From the NCBI GenBank assembly GCA_964187785.1, contig OZ076409.1, positions 65,784,001 to 65,848,000 on the forward strand: 64,000 nucleotides of DNA. Reading direction: 5' to 3'. The translations under genes were made by a program, and so were the position numbers. Each line of letters starts with the position of its first letter. The first letter of the stretch is position 1. Source of the stretch: Amphiscolops sp. MND2022. Lineage: Eukaryota. Positions 46,358 through 59,970 of the stretch are shown here, one piece after another. The notes below the pieces were generated by a model. It made no database searches, was not told the DNA's origin, and was given only the letters and a program-made list of their open reading frames with translations.

Positions 46358-47054
46358 CGTATTTTCTGTTGTAGTTGTCTAGTTCTATGGTTTCTAATAC
46401 CAATTGTATTTTCAGTGGGCCTTTTATGAATTTATCACGGGCTCTTTTGTCCTTTATGGTGGCTGCGAACTTGTATGTGATGATTTCTTCCGGTGTGACG
46501 TTGTTGAAATCACACTTTCTTTCGATGTCCACCAGCCTTTTCCAATATTCATCCAGGGTCTCGTTTTCCTCCTGTTTCATGTTGAAAAATTGTGCCCTGC
46601 TGTGGAATACATTTCTCGCTGGGAGGAAGGTTTTTTTGAATAATGTCAGCAGTTCTGGTAATTTGACATCTTTTAACTCTCGACCCCATTGACCTCTCAT
46701 AATTTCATGCTTGGCCTTTGGGCCCAGTACCCAGATAACATCGCCTTTTATGTGGTAAGCTGTATGTTGGTCCATGTACTCGATCCCCTCTTCGGTAATC
46801 TCGTCTAGATTTCGGTCGTAAGTCAGGTGGATATATTCCGATATTTGCTCCCACCACATCTTGGGATTAATCTTGGTGAGATCGGTGTCTCTGTCTGATA
46901 AGATTGGGATCTTGTACTTACTTTTTTCGGTTCTCTCGGCCATTGTTTGGTTGTTTATTGTTCTCGTTGACTGTTCCGATGTCATCGGTTCACCTTCCAT
47001 TGGGTTGGGGTCGGTGTTGTTGATTTCGGTGTTGTTGATTTCCAGCATGTTCAA
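46275..47054 (-). CDS. gag: Gag (capsid region)
   Basis: Starts just after the PBS; FFNMKQEENETLDEYWKRL Gag motif. Confidence 0.85.
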   Translation of the reverse strand: MNMLEINNTEINNTDPNPMEGEPMTSEQSTRTINNQTMAERTEKSKYKIPILSDRDTDLTKINPKMWWEQISEYIHLTYDRNLDEITEEGIEYMDQHTAYHIKGDVIWVLGPKAKHEIMRGQWGRELKDVKLPELLTLFKKTFLPARNVFHSRAQFFNMKQEENETLDEYWKRLVDIERKCDFNNVTPEEIITYKFAATIKDKRARDKFIKGPLKIQLVLETIELDNYNRKYGDKKPKIKKAKREFTSSSTSSEQVGQH

Positions 47055-49896
47055 ATTGCTGACTGCGCCATGTTGTAGACTCGTGGAAAAGATAGAATTA
47101 AGAAGTTCAAATTAAGAAGATAACGTTCTCAATAGTATAGAGTACTAGAGTGTCAGTATCTATCCGTATAGCATCGAAGGCAATAACTAAATGGTGGGGA
47201 TGTACTTTATAGTTCATAGGCAGGTACTTGAATGTTCAATTAAGTCTGTCTAGACTATATAACTTTCACCTCTACACTATCCTTCTTCAGTTTTGTTCAA
47301 TCTGTTTTCACCTCTGGGAATGACTGGCGGAAGTTTTCTATGTGCTCTTTGAATGTTCCCTTTGTTCATTTTTCACATTCTAAGAGTGAAATGTTTCTGG
47401 GATCGATCCTTGTGATACGTTGATTTGGTGTAAATACCACATTTTTGATTCCTCAATTTCTGTTTGAACAAATGTGTCAATCGTTACATTCTAAATCAGA
47501 AGGCAGAGGTGTCCTTTGCTAGTTTTGTTTGCTTTGATCTCCCAAAACTTCTATCATTTCATTGATTGTACTTTCACGGAATACGCTTTCGTGGAGAACT
47601 TTTCCGTTTGATTAAAACCTTCACTTTTCCTGAAATTATTTACCAATCTTTCATAAATAAAGGACTTCAAAAATCTTCTGATTCCATAAGTGTGCCACAG
47701 TTCTTAGGTTTATCTATCAATTTTTGTTGGGAAGTGCAGATCAAGCTGGAAAAGTTATGAAGAAGATTTACTGTATTACAGTTGTGGGAAACATTCACCA
47801 GGTTATTCCCAATTAAAAAGAAGCCTCATTTTAAATTTTTATATCTGATTTCATCTCTGCCGTTTTTATTTTGGGAAGAGGCAAGGAAGACTTCAATAGT
47901 TGACGTTGGATGAGAAACTTTTTCATGGGACGTCTTGAGCAAAGCGAGCTATTTTCATCTGCTCCTTGAAACATTTGAGCTAGATTTGCTCCAAAACGAC
48001 ACGAAACCTAAATATTTTCTTTCATTCTGTAGCTTTTCTTTTCGGTTTTTGAATAACTTTAGCTTACGGATACTCTCAATTCTTTCCATTGTGTCTGAAC
48101 TTTTCTTTTGAAATTGCGTTTGTAATTGATTTTCAGTTATGTTGAACACGAGCAAAATGGTTCTTTCTTTGTTCAGGTTTTTTTCTCAATTGCGAGTCGA
48201 GCTATTCTTACTTTTTTCAAAACATTTATGTTGTCTTTTGATACATTCAACTTTTGTTTAAAATTATTTTGCAGTAGGCATTAAAATTGCAAGCATTTCA
48301 TCGCGGCAATTGCTTCAAATTTTTACGTGATGTAGACGTTGTTAGAGAAATTGCATAAATTATCGACAAAATACACCCTGGTCTCTATTAAAGTTGTTGG
48401 AAGCGTAGTTTTGTGTGGTAAGGTTGTTGACGCTGAAAAAATCTTCCAAGTTGCAATCATGTTGAGCAATAGTCTGGTCAATTTTTTTCTTCTTTCACAC
48501 ATTCTTTATTGGACTTTAATTGAAATAATTCCCATATTCTGAAGTAGCAATTCTGCTGACAAAACTTTTTTGATGAAATGATGGCTGATTTATTCTGGTC
48601 AAAATGTTAAATTCATATTTTTCAAGCATCGTTTCCATTCCTTGCTGAAATTGCTTGAACTTCTTGCGTGTTCTTTAAAGTTGCCAGCAATTTTATCATG
48701 ATTTTCTAAAACTCTCACGGAAACTTTCATGCGAAAGTAGTTTTCAGTGAAACTTTCATGCGAAAGTGCTTCCTTGTTGTATCAGACTTTTATGAAGCGG
48801 CTTTAAAGAATCATCCCAAATTAGGCGGCAATTTCAAGCCTTGATGTTTTGCAGACTTCATTAGGAAACAGCTCTATGTTTAAATGCAACTGAGATGTTA
48901 TTTTTTACCACCATTTTAACGCAAAACAACTTTTCTTACGTTATGCAAGTTAGCTTTATCTTCAGCGTGGATTTTGACAGGCGGTCATTACATAAGAAGT
49001 GTATTTGAGAAGTCCAACTGCGAATAAAACGTGATCGTGTCGGTAACGAAGTGGGATCTTTTCAATAGTGGAAACTGCACTGTTATTTTGCAAGATTTAC
49101 CACTGGAAGATTACTGAATTTTTTAGGTTTCAATAAAAATTACCCTGCATGTAACAAGTTCCAGCAGTCTGGACCTAGGGATTGTCAGTCTTGGCTGCAA
49201 TTTTTTGTTCGCCTCATTTAACGCAACCGCAAAAGTTGTTTTCAAGTGAACCTGACTGTAATGGATGAATGCAATTTTTTAATGTTTTTGTTTTGATGCG
49301 TTGTGACCCGATACAAGTTTTTGTTGGACTTTAGTTAAAGCTTTAGGACGTGCCATTTCAATTTTCGAAAGACAACAACAATTCCCTTGTCAGTTTTTCT
49401 GACTTTTGTTTGAGGAAACGTGTATGATGTATTTGAAGCGCTCGTGGAGATTTTATTCCAATGATCAAGACTTGCCAAAGCGCTTTCTTTTTTGGAAGTT
49501 AAATCTAGCCAAATGGCTGAAAGGTCCTTTCGAGGATATTGAATGGTTTCATGACGATGTCGAATTACGAAAAAGACTATGTCTTTGTTCACCATGCTTT
49601 TTCGCTTCAACCTAGAAGCAGCTAAGTGGTTTAGTATTGTTAGTTCTACAGTGCAACTAAGTAGTTCTTTTTTGAGATTGCATGAGTTTATTGGTCCTTG
49701 TTGCCCAATTTACTAATCAACTTTATCTGCTAGCGAGTTCTACTAGCTCATTCTTGGACGAAAATGGCTTGAATTTTTCGAAATATTCCTTTCGAGAAAG
49801 CGCTCACATAGGACTTTGCAACTCAAATTGCACAACTAGTCAATACAACGAAAAAAAACGTGAAAATTTCAGACGATTTTCGAACAAGCAGTGGAG

Positions 49897-50315
49897 AAAC
49901 CAGAGCCGCATATGCTGTAAAGGAGTCGGATTAGGTCTTCTTCCTTCTGACTCGCTCGAATCCCAGTCATACCAATTTATTGAAATTGCACACATAGGAC
50001 CATATTATGGTGTAGAAAATGACTGTAGAAAATTTCGTTCGAATCGTATGGACAGTTTTTGCGAAAATCGAAAAAAAATCAAAAAATGACTTTTTTGGCC
50101 ATTTTTGGGCTAATTTTGGCTATATTTCTCACATTTCAGTCATACAATTTTAATGCCTTTGCGCATGCAGGGGCCCCTTTGGGTGTAGAATGACTTTGCA
50201 AAATTTTATAAAAATCGTATGGAGTTTTTGAGAAATATGAAATTTTCAGGAAAGGTTGGGAGAAAAAAAACGACACGATTGCATACGTAGTCGAAAATTT
50301 TTTCCGACTCCTAAT
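49897..50315 (-). mobile_element. Helentron-like non-autonomous element, family B (copy 1, two internal repeats)
   Basis: SubTIRs AGGAGTCGGA...TCCGACTCCT, hairpin agtcg-aaaatttttt-ccgact at one end, internal repeats of about 172 bp. Confidence 0.6.
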
Positions 50316-52222
50316 AAAAACGAACAAACTTAATGATCTTGAATTGAGTCATAAAGTGCGCTGTATATCAGTTGATCGTAGAAGTAATTTGTTTAGTATA
50401 ACAATAGACATTTTTCCAAAAAAGTAAGGGGCGTTATTTGGCTCCACAATAATCTACTGTAATAGTTGTAAATGCTTGCTTACTTGTTAGGTTCAGCTGG
50501 TAATAATTCAATTATATTTCAATTCATATGAACATGTATATATTTTTTGAATCTCGAATTCAATAATTCTTCCCCGCGGTTATTTGAAAGCATGCATTCA
50601 AATAATTGCGGGGAAGTATTGTAGACCTTAAGTTTTAAAAATTTGTTTCAAAAATTGTTGTTTCAAATTTGCGTGATCCGCCGATTCAGTCAATTTTTTT
50701 TCGAGTTTCTGGTTACTTCTCTGGTAGATTTGAAACAAAAATGCTGTCAACTTTTACTCACTACTACCCGGGTTGGCCCTTAGTAACACCTTGTGTGCAG
50801 TGGCAAGATCTTGTAAATGTCGAACTATACCAAGTTGGATAAAATCTAAAATTTGAACTTTCGCCAGAGAATTAAAAAAAAGGTTCATTTGAGCGAAATA
50901 TCAGTTGAGACTCGACTCTAAGTCTTTTGTCGGGTATGAACTGTCTTTTCTCTGTTTTGATTTTCTGTTGAAATGGCAAACTTCTTTTTTTTCAAACTTT
51001 TTCAATCTTTTTCAATTGGAATAGCTTTACTTTCAGACCTTAAATTTGTGTTTTTTTCATGGAAACATGTCTGTTTTGATGAGATCCTCACCATGACAAC
51101 ATATGTACTATGGCAAGATCTTTGCAAGAGAGAGTCCATATCCACAGAGAGTATTTATTTTTGAAATAAACTGAGTACGTTATGGGCTCCTATTGTTGGA
51201 ATATCCCTATTAAAATGTCTGTCTACTCGGGGAGTAGAAATGTCTTGATCACAAACGGATAGTCTGATAAAGATGGGCTGTATCGTCCAGTCAAAGTTAT
51301 TTCCAGAATTAATTGTTTTTGTGATCAAATTTATTCAAGTGCTTGTTTTTAAGGGAAAACAAATAGTTGAAGTACTTTAACCTATGCTGTAATTAAATTC
51401 TGGAATTACTTAGACTTGTTGAGTTGAACCCCAAACTGGTGAATGGTTGAATGTTTGAAAACTGACCACATTAAGAGAAAATTATGTAGCTACCAACCAC
51501 ATCAAATAGAAGAATGACCTAAACCCAAAAAGTATGTTGAAAATGATGTTAGTTATATATAGTTGTGATTAGTTTTTGGGAAAATTCAAATTCACGAAAC
51601 ATGTTTTGATTGGGAAATTCCAAAAGAAATTAGAATTGCAACGCAAGATTTTTCTTTCGTTTATTTGAAGCTCCAGCTACATTTTTAACGTGAAACGGGC
51701 CAAAACCAAGTGGGAAGTAGAGTATTCCAATTTGTTATAAAAATTAGGGATAAAATATAAAGATAAATTGAAAGTTATCGGGAAAAAGCTGTGCAAATAC
51801 CCGCTTCCCCTCAATATAGATGTACTGTGGTGTTCTCAAGAAACGTCCTCATCAAATCCAGATAATGAACTTTCTCATTTCAGTTGAACAAGCCGGAAGC
51901 CGGGAACGGCCCAAGTCGGTGCCATATCTAAGGCTCGAAAAGACTTTAAAACGAAAACCACTTTTTCTACAACTGGAGACAACAAAAGCTCTCAAAAAAC
52001 TAAAAATTGATAAAAAAAATTCCGAATTGCCCAATTTACTAATCAACTTTATCTGCTTGCGAGTTCTACTAGCTCATTCTTGGACGAAAATGGCTTGAAT
52101 TTTTCGAAATATTCCTTTCGAGAAAGCGCTCACATAGGACTTTGCAACTCAAATTGCACAACTAGTCAATACAACGAAAAAAAACGTGAAAATTTCAGAC
52201 GATTTTCGAACAAGCAGTGGAG

Positions 52223-52812
52223 AAACCAGAGCCGCATATGCTGTAAAGGAGTCGGATTAGGTCTTCTTCCTTCTGACTCGCTCGAATCCCAGTCATACCA
52301 ATTTATTGAAATTGCACACATAGGACCATATTATGGTGTAGAAAATGACTGTAGAAAATTTCGTTCGAATCGTATGGACAGTTTTTGCGAAAATCGAAAA
52401 AAAATCAAAAAATGACTTTTTTGGCCATTTTTGGGCTAATTTTGGCTATGTTTGTCACATCCCAGCCATACGATTTTGATGCCATTGCACATATAGGACT
52501 CTAATATGATGTAGAACGACTGTAGAAAATTTCGTTCGAATCGTATGGACAGTTTTTGAGAAAATCGAAAAAAGTCAAAAATTGGCTATTTTTTGGCCAT
52601 TTTTGGGCTAATTTTGGCTATGTTTCTCACATTTCAGTCATACGATTTTAATGCCTTTGCGCATGCAGGGGCCCCTTTGGGTGTAGAATGACTTTGGGTG
52701 ACTTGGGTGTCGTATGGACAGTTTTTGAGAAATTTGAAATTTTCATGAAAGGTTGAGAGAAAAAAAACGACCCGATTTCATACCTAGTCGAAAATTTTTT
52801 CCGACTCCTAAT
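52223..52812 (-). mobile_element. Helentron-like element, family B (copy 2, three internal repeats)
   Basis: As copy 1, with internal units starting at about 52288, 52461 and 52632. Confidence 0.6.
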
Positions 52813-54716
52813 AAAAACGAACAAACTTAATGATCTTGAATTGAGTCATAAAGTGCGCTGTATATCAGTTGATCGTAGAAGTAATTTGTTTAGTATAACA
52901 ATAGACATTTTTCCAAAAATGTAAGGGGCGTTATTTGGCTCCACAATAATCTACTGTAATAGTTGTAAATGCTTGCTTACTTGTTAGGTTCAGCTGGTAA
53001 TAATTCAATTATATTTCAATTCATATGAACATGTATATATTTTTTGAATCTCGAATTCAATAATTCTTCCCCGCGGTTATTTGAAAGCATGCATTCAAAT
53101 AATTGCGGGGAAGTATTGTAGACCTTAAGTTTTAAAAATTTGTTTCAAAAATTGTTGTTTCAAATTTGCGTGATCCGCCGATTCAGTCAATTTTTTTTCG
53201 AGTTTCTGGTTACTTCTCTGGTAGATTTGAAACAAAAATGCTGGCAACTTTTACTCACTACTACCCGGGTTGGCCCTTAGTAACACCTTGTGTGCAGTGG
53301 CAAGATCTTGTAAATGTCGAACTATACCAAGTTGGATAAAATCTAAAATTTGAATTTTCGCCAGAGAATTAAAAAAAAGGTTCATTTGAGCGAAATATCA
53401 GTTGAGACTCGACTCTAAGTCTTTTGTCGGGTATGAACTGTCTTTTCTCTGTTTTGATTTTCTGTTGAAATGGCAAACTTCTTTTTTTCAAACTTTTTCA
53501 ATCTTTTTCAAATGGAATAGCTTTACTTTCAGACCTTAAATTTGTGTTTTTTCATGGAAACATGTCTGTTTTGATGAGATCCTCACCATGACAACATATG
53601 TACTATGGCAAGATCTTTGCAAGAGAGAGTCCATATCCACAGAGTATTTATTTTTGAAATAAACTGAGTACGTTATGGGCTCCTTTTGTTGGAATATCCC
53701 TACTAAAATGTCTGTCTACTCGGGGAGTAGAAACATCTTGATCACAAACGGATAGTCTGAAAAAGATGGGCTGTATCGTCCAGTCAAAGTTATTTCCAGA
53801 ATTAATTGTTTTTGTGATCAAATTTATTCAAGTGCTTGTTTTTAAGGGAAAACAAATAGTTGAAGTACTTTAACCTATGCTGTAATTAAATTCTGGAATT
53901 ACTTAGACTTGTTGAGTTGAACCCCAAACTGGTGAATGGTTGAATGTTTGAAAACTGACCACATTAAGAGAAAATTATGTAGCTACCAACCACATCAAAT
54001 AGAAGAATGACCTAAACCCAAAAAGTATGTTGAAAATGATGTTAGTTATATATAGTTGTGATTAGATTTGGGGAAAATTCAAATTCACGAAACATGTTTT
54101 GATTGGGAAATTCCAAAAGAAATTAGAATTGCAACGCAAGATTTTTCTTTCGTTTATTTGAAGCTCCAGCTACATTTTTAACGTGAAACGGGCCAAAACC
54201 AAGTGGGAAGTAGAGTATTCCAATTTGTTATAAAAATTAGGGATAAAATATAAAGATAAATTGAAAGTTATCGGGAAAAAGCTGTGCAAATACCCGCTTC
54301 CCCTCAATATAGATGTACTGTGGTGTTCTCAAGAAACGTCCTCATCAAATCCAGATAATGAACTTTCTCATTTCAGTTGAACAAGCCGGAAGCCGGGAAC
54401 GGCCCAAGTCGGTGCCATATCTAAGGCTCGAAAAGACTCGAAAACGAAAACCACTTTTTCTACAACTGGAGACAACAAAAGCTCTCAAAAAACTAAAAAT
54501 TGATAAAAAAAAATTCCGAATTGCCCAATTTACTAATCAACTTTATCTGCTTGCGAGTTCTACTAGCTCATTCTTGGACGAAAATGGCTTGAATTTTTCG
54601 AAATATTCCTTTCGAGAAAGCGCTCACATAGGACTTTGCAACTCAAATTGCACAACTAGTCAATACAACGAAAAAAAACGTGAAAATTTCAGACGATTTT
54701 CGAACAAGCAGTGGAG

Positions 54717-55307
54717 AAACCAGAGCCGCATATGCTGTAAAGGAGTCGGATTAGGTCTTCTTCCTTCTGACTCGCTCGAATCCCAGTCATACCAATTTAT
54801 TGAAATTGCACACATAGGACCATATTATGGTGTAGAAAATGACTGTAGAAAATTTCGTTCGAATCGTATGGACAGTTTTTGCGAAAATCGAAAAAAAAAT
54901 CAAAAAATGACTTTTTTGGCCATTTTTGGGCTAATTTTGGCTATGTTTGTCACATCCCAGCCATACGATTTTGATGCCATTGCACATATAGGACTCTAAT
55001 ATGATGTAGAACGACTGTAGAAAATTTCGTTCGAATCGTATGGACAGTTTTTGAGAAAATCGAAAAAAGTCAAAAATTGGCTATTTTTTGGCCATTTTTG
55101 GGCTAATTTTGGCTATGTTTCTCACATTTCAGTCATACGATTTTAATGCCTTTGCGCATGCAGGGGCCCCTTTGGGTGTAGAATGACTTTGGGTGACTTG
55201 GGTGTCGTATGGACAGTTTTTGAGAAATTTGAAATTTTCATGAAAGGTTGAGAGAAAAAAAACGACCCGATTTCATACGTAGTCGAAAATTTTTTCCGAC
55301 TCCTAAT
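54717..55307 (-). mobile_element. Helentron-like element, family B (copy 3)
   Basis: Near-identical to copy 2. Confidence 0.6.
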
Positions 55308-56877
55308 AAAAACGAACAAACTTAATGATCTTGAATTGAGTCATAAAGTGCGCTGTATATCAGTTGATCGTAGAAGTAATTTGTTTAGTATAACAATAGA
55401 CATTTTTCCAAAAATGTAAGGGGCGTTATTTGGCTCCACAATAATCTACTGTAATAGTTGTAAATGCTTGCTTACTTGTTAGGTTCAGCTGGTAATAATT
55501 CAATTATATTTCAATTCATATGAACATGTATATATTTTTTGAATCTCGAATTCAATAATTCTTCCCCGCGGTTATTTGAAAGCATGCATTCAAATAATTG
55601 CGGGGAAGTATTGTAGACCTTAAGTTTTAAAAATTTGTTTCAAAAATTGTTGTTTCAAATTTGCGTGATCCGCCGATTCAGTCAATTTTTTTTCGAGTTT
55701 CTGGTTACTTCTCTGGTAGATTTGAAACAAAAATGCTGGCAACTTTTACTCACTACTACCCGGGTTGGCCCTTAGTAACACCTTGTGTGCAGTGGCAAGA
55801 TCTTGTAAATGTCGAACTATACCAAGTTGGATAAAATCTAAAATTTGAATTTTCGCCAGAGAATTAAAAAAAAGGTTCATTTGAGCGAAATATCAGTTGA
55901 GACTCGACTCTAAGTCTTTTGTCGGGTATGAACTGTCTTTTCTCTGTTTTGATTTTCTGTTGAAATGGCAAACTTCTTTTTTTCAAACTTTTTCAATCTT
56001 TTTCAAATGGAATAGCTTTACTTTCAGACCTTAAATTTGTGTTTTTTCATGGAAACATGTCTGTTTTGATGAGATCCTCACCATGACAACATATGTACTA
56101 TGGCAAGATCTTTGCAAGAGAGAGTCCATATCCACAGAGAGTATTTATTTTTGAAATAAACTGAGTACGTTATGGGCTCCTTTTGTTGGAATATCCCTAC
56201 TAAAATGTCTGTCTACTCGGGGAGTAGAAACATCTTGATCACAAACGGATAGTCTGAAAAAGATGGGCTGTAACATCCAGTCAAAGTTATTTCCAGAATT
56301 AATTGTTTTTGTGATCAAATTTATTCAAGTGCTTGTTTTTAAGGGAAAACAAATAGTTGAAGTACTTTAACCTATGCTGTAATTAAATTCTGGAATTACT
56401 TTGACTTGTTGAGTTGAACCCCAAACTGGTGAATGGTTAAATGTTTGCAAACTGAACACATTAAGACAAAATTATGTAGCTGCCAACCACATCAAATAGA
56501 AGAATGACCTAAACCCAAAAAGTATGTTGAAAATGATGTTAGTTATATATAGTTGTGATTAGATTTGGGGAAAATTCAAATTCACGAAACATGTTTTGAT
56601 TGGGAAATTCCGAAAGAAATTAGAATTGCAACGCAAGATTTTTTCTTTCGTTTATTTGAAGCTCCAGCTACATTTTTAACGTGAAACGGGCCAAAACCAA
56701 GTGGGAAGTAGAGTATTCCAATTTGTTATGAAAATTAAGGATAAAATATAAGGATAAATTGAAAGTTATCGGGAAAAAGCTGTGCAAATACCCGCTTCCC
56801 CTCAATATAGATGTACTGTGGTGTTCTCAAGAAACGTCCTCATCAAATCCAGATAATGAACTTTCTCATTTCAGTTG

Positions 56878-57398
56878 AACAAGCCGGGAACGGCCCAAGT
56901 CGGCGCCATATCTAAGGCTCAAAAAGACTCGAAAACGAAAACCACTTTTTCTACAACTGGAGACAACAAAAAACTAAAAATTGAGGAAAAAAAATTCCGA
57001 ATTTTTTTTCGAAATTTTTTTGAAGTTTCCGGTAAGTCGCATAGTGCCGAAAAATGTAAAATGGGGATGCTTTGGGATTTTTTGAGCATCGATTCTATTG
57101 CAAAATATCAAAAATTGATAGGAGGAACAATAAAAAAATTTCGGAAAAAAATCAGTCTCACAGTGCCGAATAAAGGAGGAAAGTCTCATAGTGCCGAAAA
57201 AAGTGGACCCTTGTGCTTTGGAATGGCTTTTTATCTCATGTTAGAGGCTTTGGATGCGTTGAAAATGAAGTACTAAGTACATATGGTAAAAGTTGGTAAA
57301 TGTGCATTAATGCACAAAAAATGGACGTTTCGCGTTGAACTGACGAAAAAAAAGCCACTGCAAGAGTCAGGATTTTCTTCGAAAACGTCGACTAAAAA
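56878..57398 (-). mobile_element. Helentron-like non-autonomous element, family A
   Basis: AACAAGCCGGGAACGGCCCAAGTCGGCGCC start, as in the 4730 copy; end gaaaacgtcgactaaaaa. Confidence 0.7.
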
Positions 57399-58309
57399 TG
57401 ATGCCGTATTAATTGGTTGAATTTTACATTAGATGGCTTTTTATTCATACCAGACTTCATCAAGCTCAACAAGCTTGAGCTGCGTTTACAACAATTATAA
57501 AGTAGAATCGTAGCCCATGCGCTGACCGGTCTGATCGAATACTTTTTTTTGAAAAAAAAACGCATACAAAAAGTACCTCAGAATTCCCCAAAGTGAACCC
57601 AAAAAAGCTAAAAAATTTTCTAACGATTCAATTGACCAATTTGATGCATTTTCCGAATGTTTTCAAGCGTCGGAAAATCTAGAGTTCAACGACGGAACAA
57701 TTAGCTGAACAACACGGTTTTTAATTGTTTTGTTCGTTCGAAAATGCCTCAAAAACATCCCGAAAAAATTTATAAAATTTTTGACCGCGTTACGCAATCA
57801 TTGTACAAATTTACAACGTTTTGACTAAAATTAACATCCTCAGAGTGTAAAGACAAAACGAGAACCCTACGAAATTCGAAACTTATCATACGAAAAAGCC
57901 TGATGAGTTCCAGAATAAGTTAGCCATGAAAAGACCTAAAACTCAAATTATTTTGTTTTGCGATACTCTTAAACACCACACAAATGGTGAATTGGTGAAT
58001 TGAATTTAGTTGTTTTGCTTCTAAATAAGACGATATGTCAATTCGTAGCAAGCTTTCTTTTATATAATTACAAAGTTATGATTATGATTTAACAAGTTTA
58101 CTTGAGAACCTTTTGAAAATTTGCCAGATTATCCATATTTTCGCAGGAAACTTTCTAGTAGACAAAGTTCGTTCCGTTCAGATGCTCCTGATTGGTGTTT
58201 GATAGTATGCGCATAACTTATAACAGACTTCCCCTATCTACCACAGAAAGCAAAACATGTAGTTTTATGTCTTGGATCTTCATGGATGAATCATCGGTTC
58301 TCATCGGAG

Positions 58310-58425
58310 TTATGATCAATGCATGATTTCGAATGTAATGGAAACCGCCATGGATGATTAGCCATGGTTCGATTGTGATGAAAATGACCAGGTATGATTA
58401 GTTGTGATTCGATTGTAATGCCATG
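58310..58425. repeat. Degenerate 40-bp minisatellite (about 3 units)
   Basis: ttcga(a/t)tgt(a/g)atg at 58328, 58368 and 58408. Confidence 0.6.
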
Positions 58426-59970
58426 AAAAAGCCATGTTCCTGGATGAAAAGCGACTGATGAGCCATGATGGTCACCCTGGGCGTTTACAAATTCACGATG
58501 CTTCGTAAATTTGGGTCTTCTGAAAAGAAGAGTTTATGAACAAAATCATTGAAAACTTGGCAATCGGTGGTTAGAACAATAGGCCGTTTTGTTCCAAACA
58601 CAATGTTGAAAAAAGTCCAAAAAGTCAAAGTTTTTAAAAATGATTTCAAGTTTGTATGTAATTGGTTACGCTCGAGCCTTAAGAATATGTAGTCGTAAAA
58701 ATAGTTTAGGGGTGAAACTATCCTGCGGCTATGCTCAGCGGCGGCCTTGTTTAATTTTTCAGTCAACGATGATTTTTGTGAAGAAACATTTAAAAAACAA
58801 GAACTTCTTTACACAAATTTTTTGAGGAATTGAAACCTCACTAGTTACCTTGGAAGCAGGTCTTTTCCGTGATTTCATGTTGATACGCTAACATTAGTTA
58901 GTCGAATCCGGAAAATTCATGCATTCCATTTCGGGTATTTAGGATTCCAGACCGTTCGGTGCCTTTCATGCAATCCACTGCCCGCTTTACCGAAATTTTT
59001 GGGAATTTAAGAAAAAATGGTTTCTCCGATGTTCGAATTCATTGAAACAGAAAACATTCTTTAGGAACGTGCGCCGCTGAAGACTTCCATTGCTCGCGGA
59101 AAAGGGATCGCTATGAAATCGTTTCCTCTGTTGTTTTCTACATGTCAAGATGATTTTGAGGCATTAAAAAGATCGCAAATGAAACCAACTCTACTATGAA
59201 TCTTTTTGGAAACCATGGAAATTTTGGGTAATGTATAGTTTTTCAAATACGCAATAGGGTTTGAAAACAATTCACAGGGATCCAAACATATTCCTGAATT
59301 CATAAAAACAAGGTTCTAGTGAAACGACTGTGAATCAGTACGCATCAGCATGCAATTATGGATTTCAAAATTCAAAATCACTTTCTTTGTAATATTCGAA
59401 AGGTGATCTTTCCCCCTAAATATCGTTTCATATTTTTCATGTTTACCGAGTCTTATATCGATTTTGTGTTGATTCCACGGGAAACTAAAAGATACCATTG
59501 AAACCTCGTAATGGATCCACCGAAAAAGTAATTACAACTTTACATTTAAAAGTCAATTTTACGTATACACAAGCGCACTGGATGCGTTTTTGACGTTTAA
59601 AAAATCGTTAAGTAAAGTTTATAAAAACTATGAAGTTGAATTGACCAAGAGGTTTCAACTGAAACATAAGACTGGCCATGCGGTGAAAGAGGATTTACTT
59701 CGATGAGAATTCACGACAACTTGTATACATGTACTTGATTCGCTACATCAACATAGGATACTCTAATACGTAAGTACAGTGCAGAAAACAGTTGTAGGGC
59801 CCCTTCAGTGCAATTGTAAGATACATGTGAAATATGTATGTTACATCGATGATTGGAAAGAAGTCATGAGAAGAAATAGTGAAGCACCAAAACAAAAATG
59901 ATAAACCCGATCAAAAGAAAGATGGTTAGAATTTGTAGAGAATCAGCATGATTAGTAGAATGGAACTTAC

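Larger units (their letters stand above)
41338..47276 (-). mobile_element. Full-length Ty3/Gypsy (Mag-like) LTR retrotransposon
   Basis: 206-bp LTRs at 41338-41543 and 47071-47276 (2 differences seen), 5-bp TSD CTATC, PBS TGGCGCAGTCAGCAA (tRNA-Ser-like) abutting the 5' LTR, PPT GAAGAGGGGGGAA. Confidence 0.95.
49701..57002. repeat. Tandem triplication, units about 2.33, 2.49 and 2.48 kb
   Basis: Units start at ttgcccaatttactaatcaac (49701, 52027, 54521) and are near-identical throughout. Confidence 0.95.

Noticed and set aside
48720..48768. Two copies of the palindromic gaaactttcatgcgaaagt
   Set aside because: A simple local duplication; too few units for a CRISPR-like or functional array.
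49682..54999. Repeated 111-228 aa ORFs in the triplication
   Set aside because: They cross repeat and element boundaries and show no protein motifs; their recurrence reflects the DNA duplication.
58450..58480. CTGATGA core suggesting a hammerhead ribozyme (also near 57900 and 3088)
   Set aside because: No GAAA after stem II and no closing stems.
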